The notes under the pieces were generated by a model that searched no databases, was not told the origin of the DNA, and was given only the letters and a program-made list of their open reading frames with translations. 64,000 nucleotides of DNA, taken from NCBI GenBank assembly GCA_964429275.1, contig CAYSBJ010000002.1:282459-346458 (forward strand), in the 5' to 3' direction. This document shows, one piece after another, positions 9,292 to 17,640 of the stretch. The stretch comes from an uncultured Pseudomonadota bacterium. GTDB taxonomy: Bacteria; Babelota; Babeliae; Babelales; JAUPTZ01. The stretch's first letter is position 1; the number at the start of each line of letters is the position of its first letter. Made by a program: the position numbers and the translations under genes.

Positions 9292-10353
9292 TCACACAAC
9301 CCGTACGCGTCCCCGTACCGACTCCAGCGTTGGGTCGGCGTTAATCTTTGCGTTAATTTCATCAAGATCGACTGGGAGTCCAATTTCTGCAGCACGTTTT
9401 TTGTTGATGATAAACTCACGGGTTGAGCTAAGAAATATTACCGGCATTGTGCTTGGATGTTTATGTTCGTATAAAATTTGTCGCACTTGTTCAAAGGCGG
9501 CCTCTGCCACATAGCGAAATGAAGTTGCATAGACACACAAGGCATTTTCATTCAACGCAGCGGCAGCGCCGGCAAAATAGCCTATCCCATGGCGCTCAGC
9601 GAGGTGGGCAAGAGCCGGCGCATAGACGTCATTGCAGGCATCAGTCTCAACGGTCACAAGCATATCATGACCATTGAGCACACCTTCAACTCGCTTAATA
9701 ATATCCGTCAAGGCATCTATTTCAACAATTGCTACAAAAATGCCCCGCCCCTCTAGGCCTTTTTTAATGCCTTGCATTCTACGCGCAACATCATCAACGT
9801 TATCGCTTAGCATATACATTGGCAGAAGTACCGACTTTATCTGAGGAAAAGCAGAATGGAGCAATCCTGGATATTGGCATAAATCTGATACCAACGACGT
9901 TGCTCCCGTTACCATGCCTCCCGGTCGGTGAACAGATTCAACCAAACCCAGCTCTACTGGGGCCGCAACACCAATAAATACAATAGGTTTCATACTTTTT
10001 CTTTTGATCGCAAGGGATATCAAACTACGCGATATCGCAGTACCTACAACCACTATACAATCAGTCGGTAATGATAAAGCAGACTCGCAAATGGCCGTTG
10101 TCTTTATGGCATCACCGGGGTCCGCCACAAAAATATCTTGTACATCAGACCTGCATCCACGGTTCTGGGCAACAGCATTCAGAAAAAACTTTCGTATATC
10201 CTGATGAGTGGGTATAGCACTGCTACTTACCAGTAAGATTCTATATGGACGCCCATATTGAAAGTTTACATAGCCGGTATAGCGAGACCCAAAAGCTATC
10301 AACCCCAACGCAAAAACAACACTAGCAATATAAAGATAGCCTTTCTTACTCAT
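9292..10353 (-). CDS. membrane-anchored ABC-type substrate-binding-like protein (PF04392-like), copy B
   Basis: Paralogue of 7218..8267 along its full length. The C-termini match closely: INAKINADPTLESVRGRVRVV versus INAKINADPALEAVRGRVRVVS. Core motif IVFIGVAAPVELGLVESVHRPGGMVTGA. TAATG overlap with the upstream gene at 10353. Confidence 0.75.
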   Translation of the reverse strand: MSKKGYLYIASVVFALGLIAFGSRYTGYVNFQYGRPYRILLVSSSAIPTHQDIRKFFLNAVAQNRGCRSDVQDIFVADPGDAIKTTAICESALSLPTDCIVVVGTAISRSLISLAIKRKSMKPIVFIGVAAPVELGLVESVHRPGGMVTGATSLVSDLCQYPGLLHSAFPQIKSVLLPMYMLSDNVDDVARRMQGIKKGLEGRGIFVAIVEIDALTDIIKRVEGVLNGHDMLVTVETDACNDVYAPALAHLAERHGIGYFAGAAAALNENALCVYATSFRYVAEAAFEQVRQILYEHKHPSTMPVIFLSSTREFIINKKRAAEIGLPVDLDEINAKINADPTLESVRGRVRVV

Positions 10354-11339
10354 TAAACACCTCTTTTAATAGGACAGTCGATCCATTTTTTAATAACAAC
10401 AATGCCCTCCGCCTTCTGTAAAAGAGCAATTGCTTCCTCAGGAAATCCGATCATGCGCAACATTGCAACATTCACAAAAAAGACTCGTTCATTCGGAACA
10501 GTCTTAACCGGAATGTCTCCTAACGGTATACCATCTACCCAGTGGCTAAGCAATGTCTCCCTTAGTGCCGTAACAGCCGTGTGTAGCTCGCATCCAAATG
10601 CAAACGCAGCGCCTACGTACATAGAAGGAATAGTATCAGCGCAAAATGCCGCGTCTTTTTCAAAACATAAGTAGGATATTTCATGGCAAATATCAACCGT
10701 TCCACCCTCCACTAGAAGAACAATGTCATGCTTCTTTACACGGGACTTAAGCTCTCTTACTACCGCCGCCCGAGCAAGGGCTTCATCTCCAGTAACCGAA
10801 ATTGCCTCAACATCAATGTTGTATGATTTGAAAAAATTGACTACGTCGACTATTTGTTGATTCAGAGGATCATCAGCGTTTAAGGCAGAATAAGGAATAA
10901 TTATTCGCTTAATGTATTGCGCAATGATTGCCAATTTCTCAGCCACTGCCGTATTTGAAGGCATTTCAGGAACAACCGCGGTTATATCATGGCCTGGCGA
11001 TTCAAAAGAATCAACAAGCTTAAGAGCCAACGGATCGCGTACTGCCGTGATAACAATTTTCCCTCGCCCAATTTCCTGACAAACTTGCTTCAAATAAACA
11101 CTACACCGAAGCCCTACCGGCACAAAGACATCGTATGGATCAGACAAATTGATTAATTCCATTACTTTTTTACGTATAGCCTCTGGCCTCAACTCAACGT
11201 TAATATACGTAATTGAAAAATGAAAATCGCCTCCCATAATTCGACGCACAGTATCGGCATACATTCGATGAAATTCATAGTCAAGGCCGAGTAGCAGAGC
11301 TACTCGGCACGGTCGTTTAGGCTTTGTTAACATAGTCAT
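10353..11339 (-). CDS. PF04392-like protein without signal peptide or anchor (cytoplasmic type)
   Basis: Motif ITAVRDPLALKLVDSFESPGHDITAVV. The track ORF starts at a TTG at 11345 that directly abuts AGGAA. The ATG at 11339 has 6-nt spacing from AGGAA and matches the start of the split paralogue. Confidence 0.7.
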   Translation of the reverse strand: MTMLTKPKRPCRVALLLGLDYEFHRMYADTVRRIMGGDFHFSITYINVELRPEAIRKKVMELINLSDPYDVFVPVGLRCSVYLKQVCQEIGRGKIVITAVRDPLALKLVDSFESPGHDITAVVPEMPSNTAVAEKLAIIAQYIKRIIIPYSALNADDPLNQQIVDVVNFFKSYNIDVEAISVTGDEALARAAVVRELKSRVKKHDIVLLVEGGTVDICHEISYLCFEKDAAFCADTIPSMYVGAAFAFGCELHTAVTALRETLLSHWVDGIPLGDIPVKTVPNERVFFVNVAMLRMIGFPEEAIALLQKAEGIVVIKKWIDCPIKRGV

Positions 11340-11348
11340 ACACAATTC

Positions 11349-12419
11349 CTAATATTTGGTGTCATCGGAACCTTCGATAGTCCGCGCTCGCAACATGGCA
11401 TATTGCTCATCAGTGAGCTCTAAGCCTTGTTCGCGCATATTGCGATAGCTATACCGCATCCCTGGTTGTTGAGGAATGCAGATGGGCGGCGAAAGCCGAT
11501 TCCGTCTACACAAGACCACATCCAAGATCAGACTCATTAACGGCGCGCTAAATGCAGCACCAGATACACCCGCTCCAATCGCAGCACCATTTAGCACTGC
11601 ATCAAGATCAGAGGCAGCAATCAGCACCTGATATTCTCGCGCAATTCCTCTGAGCACGGGCATATTGATAGTGCTTGCTGGCTCGGAAAAGAGAATGAAC
11701 ACGTCAGCCTGGTCGGCTTTTTTTTGTAATTCCACCGTCCGGGGGTCACTTTCGCTCCAGTAATGAAACAGCACTTTCGAGCCGGCTCGCCTAAAGCAGT
11801 TGGCAACCGCCGCCTGTTCTTCGGTGTATTTCTCCCCGTTTTGCCCATATTCGTCTCGCTCACCAATTAAAAGGCAAACGGTTTCGGTATACGGCAATGC
11901 TCCGCGAATCAGGTGCAAAAACTCTTTAGGATCTGTAGGCCTAGTAAAAACACCACTCAAAGAATTATTTGTTCTTCGAGTGGCGATTGGCGTCTATACC
12001 GACTTAGGCACATTTTGCATACAAAAAAGTTGTGGTACTTTGATTCCGGAGACTTCCCGGACAGTATTGACCATGTCAGATTCCCATTCACCAGTCGTAA
12101 CGATAAAAGGGTAGTGTGCAGCATCAAGATGGTAATCAAGGTCCAAATGATTCAACAGTTGTTCTTCAACCTCTGCAAAATTACCGGAGATCTCTACCCT
12201 GGCGCAGGAATACCGCACGCCATCAAGAACGTGGGGCAAAGACTGGTCCAGGTCCATTTCAATACGCCTTGCCCAACTCTCGTTAGACTCGGCGTGAACT
12301 ATCAGAATACGCAGCTCAGGAGAGAGACGTAGACTGATTTCTTCAGTGACTGCTTCCTCGAGGTTTTCGCGAAAAGCGAACTTTTTGAGGTCGGCGGCCA
12401 TATTTAGTATCGATTTCAT
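11349..12419 (-). pseudogene. third PF04392-like paralogue: a 357-codon frame interrupted by one in-frame TAG (11994-11996)
   Basis: Track ORFs 11994..12419 and 11349..11960 are in the same frame (11996-11960 = 36). Reading through gives ...FCMQNVPKSV*TPIATRRTNNSLSGVFTRPTDPKEF..., which aligns across the stop with the VFVGVQNPVE...VTGVITVS region of the paralogues. The total length equals that of intact family members. Confidence 0.6.
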
Positions 12420-12454
12420 ACAAGCCTCGGGCTGTATTGTGGAGTTAATAAAAT

Positions 12455-12483
12455 ACTAAAAACCAGCCACTGTTACAGGCTGG
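12455..12483 (-). terminator. intrinsic-terminator-like hairpin in the leader of the PF04392-like operon (attenuator, or end of a small RNA)
   Basis: Minus strand reads CCAGCC-UGUAACAGU-GGCUGG followed by UUUUUAGUAUUUUAUU. It lies 36-64 nt upstream of the start codon at 12419. Confidence 0.45.
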
Positions 12484-12827
12484 CATTGGCTATTCAATCA
12501 CAAAAAGAGCTCGAGTGCAAATTTGAAACGAGCAAAAACCATTATTTCACCGAAAGTTTTTAGCAAGTTGGCTCAACGTGAAACAACCTTGCCAACGAAT
12601 AACACGTGCCGCAGCCAAAATCGATAAAAAAGACTGGCCGTCATAAGCCCTCCTTCATAACACCGTCGCACCAGCGGCGCCAAGGCTGACTGCACAGGGG
12701 AAGTTATTCTCCCTCGCACTGCGGACCCCCATCTAACCTGCGAAAAGCCACTCATACACGCATTCTCTATACAAATGCTATGCAAGGTAACTAGGGTAGT
12801 TTTAGTACTTTAGCCAAAAGGAATTGT

Positions 12828-14738
12828 ATGTGTAACCACCCTTCCATCCACGTCACCAGCATTTTGCTGGCCCTCTGTGCCCTTGTACACTGTGGTGCCG
12901 CAACCAAAAATGTCTTAGTACAAAACAGCAGCCCGCATGAGATGTTTGGCGCTATTTATCAAACTACCAAATCGTATGGGTTGCGCATGGGAGAGATAAC
13001 TCTCCTCAAGCCAAATGCCGAAACCACCCTCAAGATGCCAAACGCCAATTTTTTCAAGAAACGCATGCTCTACATCGACTCACGCAAAGAAAATTTGCCC
13101 CAGAAGCTCGACTTTGAAAACCCCACTGTTTTTTTTGCTACCGCCCCGGCCAATCTCAACTTTGGCCGTCCAACCAAACTTATATACCTTGAAAGCGCAC
13201 GTGGACCTGAAATTATCCCAGCCAACAGCAAAGCGGAAGAGGAAATCCGGGAAGAATTACGCAAAAGCATCGCCGAAGAATCGGAGCATTATGGCACCGT
13301 TGCCAGAGTCACCAGCACTAAAGAGACGCTTTGTCCGGATGAGGCAACCTACCTCAACGAGCGCCGCAAAATAACGAGAGCCACCATAAACACACTACTC
13401 AAAAAAGAAATTAATGTCGCATATGTGCCCAATATCACTCTCTGTATAAGCGGTGGTGGGTTTCGCGCAATGCTTGCATCACTTGGTGCCCTTCGTGGTC
13501 TTGAAGAAATTGGGGTATGGGGAACGATCGATTATGTTGCTAGCCTTTCCGGCGGTTCCTGGGCGCTCATTCCGTGGATACAAAGTAAAAAATCACTGAC
13601 CGATTACAGTGATTTTGTTGCCAACCACATTGCGCAGCAAACTGAAGAAAAGCTTATTAAAAATTCGCTCTATGATTTTAATACGCTCCGCCACGTCAAA
13701 GGCTTGTTTGGCAATAGCGCCGGACTTACTGATCTGTATAGCCTCGTCCTTTCCAAGCGCCTACTTCAGCCACTCAAAGACAAACATCTTTCAATCCATT
13801 TTTCTGAACTTGCTAAAAAGATCCACCCGTCCCAGCATCCCTACCCACTGTGTAGCGCTGCAATGCCATATCAAAAAAAGCTGAAGAGTAAATACGACTG
13901 GGTTACCATGTCGCCCTGGAACATTGAGCTTGCAAAAACCGGCCTGAGCATCCCTACATGGGCATTTATGCGCCACTTCATGAATGGCAACTCTATTGAC
14001 GCTACTCCTGAGCCGTGGCTTGGCTACTTGATGGGTATTTGGGGATCAGCATTTAGCATAAGTATGCAAGAAATTTTGCTCCACACCCACAACAATAATC
14101 CAGAATTTGCCACGATCGTGCCACGTTCTTGGATAAAATCACAACTCGTGCGCAAGTGGCTTGGCACTAAACATTGCACCGCGCTTGTACCAAACTTTGT
14201 GTATGGCATGCCAGGAATTCCTCATAATTATAAGAGCTCCATGCCACTTGTTGATGCCGGCCACTACTGCAATCTGCCAGTACCACCGTTCCTTCACCCA
14301 CAACGTAATCCAGAACTCATCATCATGCTTCACAGTAGCATCAACGATATCGACGCCGAAAAAACATTGCGCAAAACATTTAAACTTCTTCGCAAAAAAT
14401 ACCCAGCCATCGCTATCGATGCTAAGGAAGCATTTAGCAAACCGGTCGTCTATTGGCCATCATCGGACGCAAAAACGCCAAGTGTTATCCACATTGGCCT
14501 GTATAAGAATGAAAATTTCAGCACAACGTACGACCCACGCACAACAGCAGAAACAAAGACGTTCAACTTCTGGTACACCACAGCACAAGCACAACAGCTC
14601 ATTGGGCTGCTGAAGCAAACGATTATCGACCACAAAGAGTTGTTTCTGATGGCAATTGAAAATGCAGTAGAAAAAAAACAAAAGGAGACAGGTACATTGG
14701 AATGGTTGAGTAGTAACGCGAAAGCGTTGTTCAGTTAA
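12828..14738 (+). CDS. secreted cytosolic-phospholipase-A2-like lipase (PLA2_B / cPLA2 catalytic domain-like)
   Basis: CISGGGFRAMLASLGALRGL (GGGxR oxyanion motif). ASLSGGSWA (GxSGxS nucleophile). MPLVDAGHYCNLPVPPFLHPQRNPELIIMLHSS resembles the cPLA2-alpha Asp region DSGLTFNLPYPLILRPQRGVDLIISFDFS as I recall it. N-terminal signal-peptide-like SILLALCALVHCGAA. Confidence 0.75.
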   Translation: MCNHPSIHVTSILLALCALVHCGAATKNVLVQNSSPHEMFGAIYQTTKSYGLRMGEITLLKPNAETTLKMPNANFFKKRMLYIDSRKENLPQKLDFENPTVFFATAPANLNFGRPTKLIYLESARGPEIIPANSKAEEEIREELRKSIAEESEHYGTVARVTSTKETLCPDEATYLNERRKITRATINTLLKKEINVAYVPNITLCISGGGFRAMLASLGALRGLEEIGVWGTIDYVASLSGGSWALIPWIQSKKSLTDYSDFVANHIAQQTEEKLIKNSLYDFNTLRHVKGLFGNSAGLTDLYSLVLSKRLLQPLKDKHLSIHFSELAKKIHPSQHPYPLCSAAMPYQKKLKSKYDWVTMSPWNIELAKTGLSIPTWAFMRHFMNGNSIDATPEPWLGYLMGIWGSAFSISMQEILLHTHNNNPEFATIVPRSWIKSQLVRKWLGTKHCTALVPNFVYGMPGIPHNYKSSMPLVDAGHYCNLPVPPFLHPQRNPELIIMLHSSINDIDAEKTLRKTFKLLRKKYPAIAIDAKEAFSKPVVYWPSSDAKTPSVIHIGLYKNENFSTTYDPRTTAETKTFNFWYTTAQAQQLIGLLKQTIIDHKELFLMAIENAVEKKQKETGTLEWLSSNAKALFS

Positions 14739-15862
14739 ATAAGCCCCGCCAATATCCCCACGCGATACCGCTCCATCAACCGCTTCATAAACGATAAATT
14801 ATGAATACTAGCCAACGTATAATAGGTCAACTCATGAGCCTTAAATAAATGATGCACATACGCTACTGAATAATTAGTACAGGTATAGCACGGACATCCC
14901 GGCTCAATCGGGCCCAGTGTCTGCGCGTAGGAAACTTTTCCTATCTTCACCGTACCATGCGTCGTAAAGAGTAATCCATGGCGAGCGCATTTGGTCGGGT
15001 GCGAACTGTCAAACGTATCAATGCCAAGCGGAACTGCCAATTCAATCGATGGTATGTCACCAATGCCAAGCAAATGAATCGGCTTATTTTCCGGCAGCTG
15101 ATGAGCCGTATGGCGCAGCATCTCCTCCATTTCTACGCGATCTTTGCCAACACTTCCCCCAATACCATAGCCATCAAATGGCAAGCTGCCCAAATACTGT
15201 GCACTCTGACTACGCATATCTTTATCAACCCCGCCATGCACCACCGCATACAATGCCTGGCTTTGTGGGTTCGCCTGATGCGCCTCAAGTGATCGCTTTT
15301 CCCAGCGATGCGTTCGCTCCAAACTTTTTTTAAGACGACGCAGGTCAGTGTGATAGGGCGGTAGTTCATCAAAAGAAACAATAATATCGGCCCCCAATTG
15401 CTTCTGGGCTCCAATAGAACTTTCCGGTGTTAACAGAAGCGGACTCCCGTCACGGTAGGAACGAAACATCACCCCTTCTTCGGTAATCTTTGCCACGCTA
15501 TTGCGCTGCTGCTTGACCCCCTTACTCTTCAATTCTTCAGTGTACCCGCCGTAGGCCAAGCTAAAGACTTGAAAGCCACCCGAGTCGGTAATAATTGGTT
15601 GGGTACGCTGCATAAACGAATGCAAACCACCAGCATGCGCTACAACATCGGCCCCAGGTTGTACCATGAGGTGGTAGGTATTACAAAACAATAATTGAAT
15701 ATCAAGCTCCGCTACCTGCTGGGCCGTTAGCCCTTTCATGCAGCCATTGGTTCCCACTGGCACAAAGCCGGGCGTATCAATAACACCATGTGGTGTATGA
15801 ATACGGCCAACACGCGCCCGCGACTTAGTCGAGGTATATAAAACTTCAAATTTAAAACTCAT
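14735..15862 (-). CDS. tgt: tRNA-guanine transglycosylase (queuine/preQ1 tRNA-ribosyltransferase)
   Basis: N-terminus SRARVGRIHTPHGVIDTPGFVPVGTNG...NTYHL, DSGGFQV, and the zinc motif CPCYTCTNYSVAYVHHL. The track start at 15874 is TTG. The ATG at 15862 is preceded by GGGGGGA and matches the canonical N-terminus. Confidence 0.9.
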   Translation of the reverse strand: MSFKFEVLYTSTKSRARVGRIHTPHGVIDTPGFVPVGTNGCMKGLTAQQVAELDIQLLFCNTYHLMVQPGADVVAHAGGLHSFMQRTQPIITDSGGFQVFSLAYGGYTEELKSKGVKQQRNSVAKITEEGVMFRSYRDGSPLLLTPESSIGAQKQLGADIIVSFDELPPYHTDLRRLKKSLERTHRWEKRSLEAHQANPQSQALYAVVHGGVDKDMRSQSAQYLGSLPFDGYGIGGSVGKDRVEMEEMLRHTAHQLPENKPIHLLGIGDIPSIELAVPLGIDTFDSSHPTKCARHGLLFTTHGTVKIGKVSYAQTLGPIEPGCPCYTCTNYSVAYVHHLFKAHELTYYTLASIHNLSFMKRLMERYRVGILAGLI

Positions 15863-16514
15863 TTTTCCCCCCAATCACAAACCGCTTGGTTCCTGCCACC
15901 AATGGTGCAAGAAGCAGAATAATGACCCCTTTAATAAGCAACGTAAACAGAATGATCTGCCGTACGTCATCCACCACCCCATATAAACCGGCAAAAGCAA
16001 ATACCACCGTATCCACCAATTGACCACCGATCACAGCCCCAACACTCGCTACAGCAGATGCTACACCCCCCAGCAACCGGGTCAGTACCAAATGCACCCG
16101 CTCAGAGACTAAGTACGCCAAAAAGCTGGCGAGCAACATACGCAACCCAGTACTACAGAGCTGCGCAATCATAAGCGACATATCGGCATCTATGCCATCA
16201 TAGGCACAATGAAACTGTGTTAAACAGACAAAAAATAGTAAAAAACCAAACATTTCCCAAATAGCACGCCGCGCCCGCGCGTCATTATAGTAATAGCGGA
16301 TAAGGCTAATACCGTACATACCACTGACAATAAAGACTTCACTGCAGGTTGTTTCTATACCAAATAACATGATTTGCTTCGTTACAAACAGGTTGGCAAA
16401 AATCAATTGGAGGCCAAGAGTAGAGATGAGCGCCCCGTACGAAAACCAAAGCCCCCACAGTACAGCCCCACTTACTGCCACAATGTGGGCAAGAAATAGC
16501 AACTCATTGTACAT
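15852..16514 (-). CDS. yhhQ: queuosine-precursor transporter family protein (YhhQ / Vut_1-like), copy 2
   Basis: Polytopic membrane protein. Motifs FANLFVTKQI and GQLVDTVVFAFAGLYG. Paralogue of the upstream gene. Start moved to MYNELLFLAH (16514) by analogy with MNELIFVTHA. Confidence 0.65.
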   Translation of the reverse strand: MYNELLFLAHIVAVSGAVLWGLWFSYGALISTLGLQLIFANLFVTKQIMLFGIETTCSEVFIVSGMYGISLIRYYYNDARARRAIWEMFGFLLFFVCLTQFHCAYDGIDADMSLMIAQLCSTGLRMLLASFLAYLVSERVHLVLTRLLGGVASAVASVGAVIGGQLVDTVVFAFAGLYGVVDDVRQIILFTLLIKGVIILLLAPLVAGTKRFVIGGKNEF

Positions 16515-17181
16515 AGCCACGCTCCTTACACCAGACTGCAAAAGTCACCAGAACCGAACTCGAAAGAATCAATACTAACTTAATACCGGTGCTCACGCCG
16601 GTCATTTGCAACAAAATGCCGGCCGAAAGGTCTCGCCCAAATACCCCAAAAAAGAAAATCAACGCATCGACCAACTGCCCCAAAGCCATTGCCGCAAAAG
16701 TAGTATAAAACAGCCCGCGGCCATGAAACACCCGGGACAGGAGCCCCGCTAGCGCAACGGTTACGAGCTGTGCCACGTAGTGAGCAACAATACTGAAAAA
16801 AGTAATAGCTGGCATCCGACCAAGCACCCCCGCAAAAACAGGCTGCATGGTATCAACTGATGATGGCGCATAGGCAACCTGAAACCAGCATAAAAGAAAG
16901 GCTATGCTAGACAGTCCAACCGATAGTAGAGCTGATCGCCGGGCAAACGACTCGCCCCAAATGGCACGCCCCATCAAAATGGCACAAATACTGCCAATAA
17001 TGTACACATCGCCACCGCTGGAAACAAAGCCGCATAAATACATTTTTTTGATAACAAAAAGGTTGGCAAAGACAACGTAGAGACAGGCCAGCGCCTGCAG
17101 CATATGCTGACCAGTAAGAAAGGCGCCGATCGCAGCGCCAAAAACAACTAATGCATGGGTAACAAAAATAAGCTCATTCAT
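16504..17181 (-). CDS. yhhQ: queuosine-precursor transporter family protein (YhhQ / Vut_1-like), copy 1
   Basis: Polytopic membrane protein. Motifs FANLFVIKKMY and GQLVDALIFFFGVFG. Located immediately upstream of copy 2 and tgt. Confidence 0.65.
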   Translation of the reverse strand: MNELIFVTHALVVFGAAIGAFLTGQHMLQALACLYVVFANLFVIKKMYLCGFVSSGGDVYIIGSICAILMGRAIWGESFARRSALLSVGLSSIAFLLCWFQVAYAPSSVDTMQPVFAGVLGRMPAITFFSIVAHYVAQLVTVALAGLLSRVFHGRGLFYTTFAAMALGQLVDALIFFFGVFGRDLSAGILLQMTGVSTGIKLVLILSSSVLVTFAVWCKERGYVQ

Positions 17182-17277
17182 GCCCTCAGGATACCAGATC
17201 TCTTAATTATTGCCACTGGGCCGCCGACCCGCATCTAAACGCATTGAGACACATCTAATAGAGCTTTACAGTCTACA

Positions 17278-17493
17278 TGGATTGCTTCCAACTACGCCTT
17301 GCTCGTTGTCGCAATGACGCGCTTTTAGGCGCGTCTGTAGGCAAAGCTACTTCTGGTACTCTTTTTCTATTGACGGCGCTTAGCCGTCTTTGCGAGGAAC
17401 GGAGTGACGCGGCAATCCATCTTGATGTGCTTGTCTTTATCCTGGATTGCTCCGCCGTCGCACCTTCTCACAATGACGCGTAATCATGCGTCT
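17278..17493. repeat. three copies of a short REP/MITE-like element in +,-,+ orientation
   Basis: Each copy starts TGGATTGC and ends TC(G/A)CAA(T/A)GACG(C/G) followed by a small hairpin: GACGCGC/GCGCGTC at 17316-17335, GACGGC/GCCGTC at 17372-17388, and GACGC/GCGTC at 17476-17493. Copies lie at about 17278-17335 (+), 17372-17419 (-) and 17443-17493 (+). Confidence 0.6.
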
Positions 17494-17640
17494 ATAATCA
17501 CTGCATCCTACAAAGGCCGCTCTGCACAACTCTTTTTACCAATTACTGAGCCGTCCATAGACTAGTTAAACCAATATCTCATATTATAAGATATTCTTAT
17601 TCATGCATTACAACTCTTTATTAGCAAGGAAAGGCACGCG

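Noticed and set aside
12573-12785. 70-aa minus-strand ORF in the operon leader
   Set aside because: Its Arg/Cys/Trp-rich composition is unlike a protein, and it has no SD. I treated the region as a possible RNA leader instead. I also compared the region by eye with SRP RNA, RNase P RNA, tmRNA and T-box core motifs and found no match.
17182-17280. Possible preQ1 riboswitch upstream of the yhhQ-yhhQ-tgt unit
   Set aside because: The region has no small hairpin followed by an A-rich ACUA-type tail, nor any other preQ1-I/II hallmark.
17277-17483. 68-aa plus-strand ORF
   Set aside because: It is composed entirely of the three REP-like elements and is not a gene.
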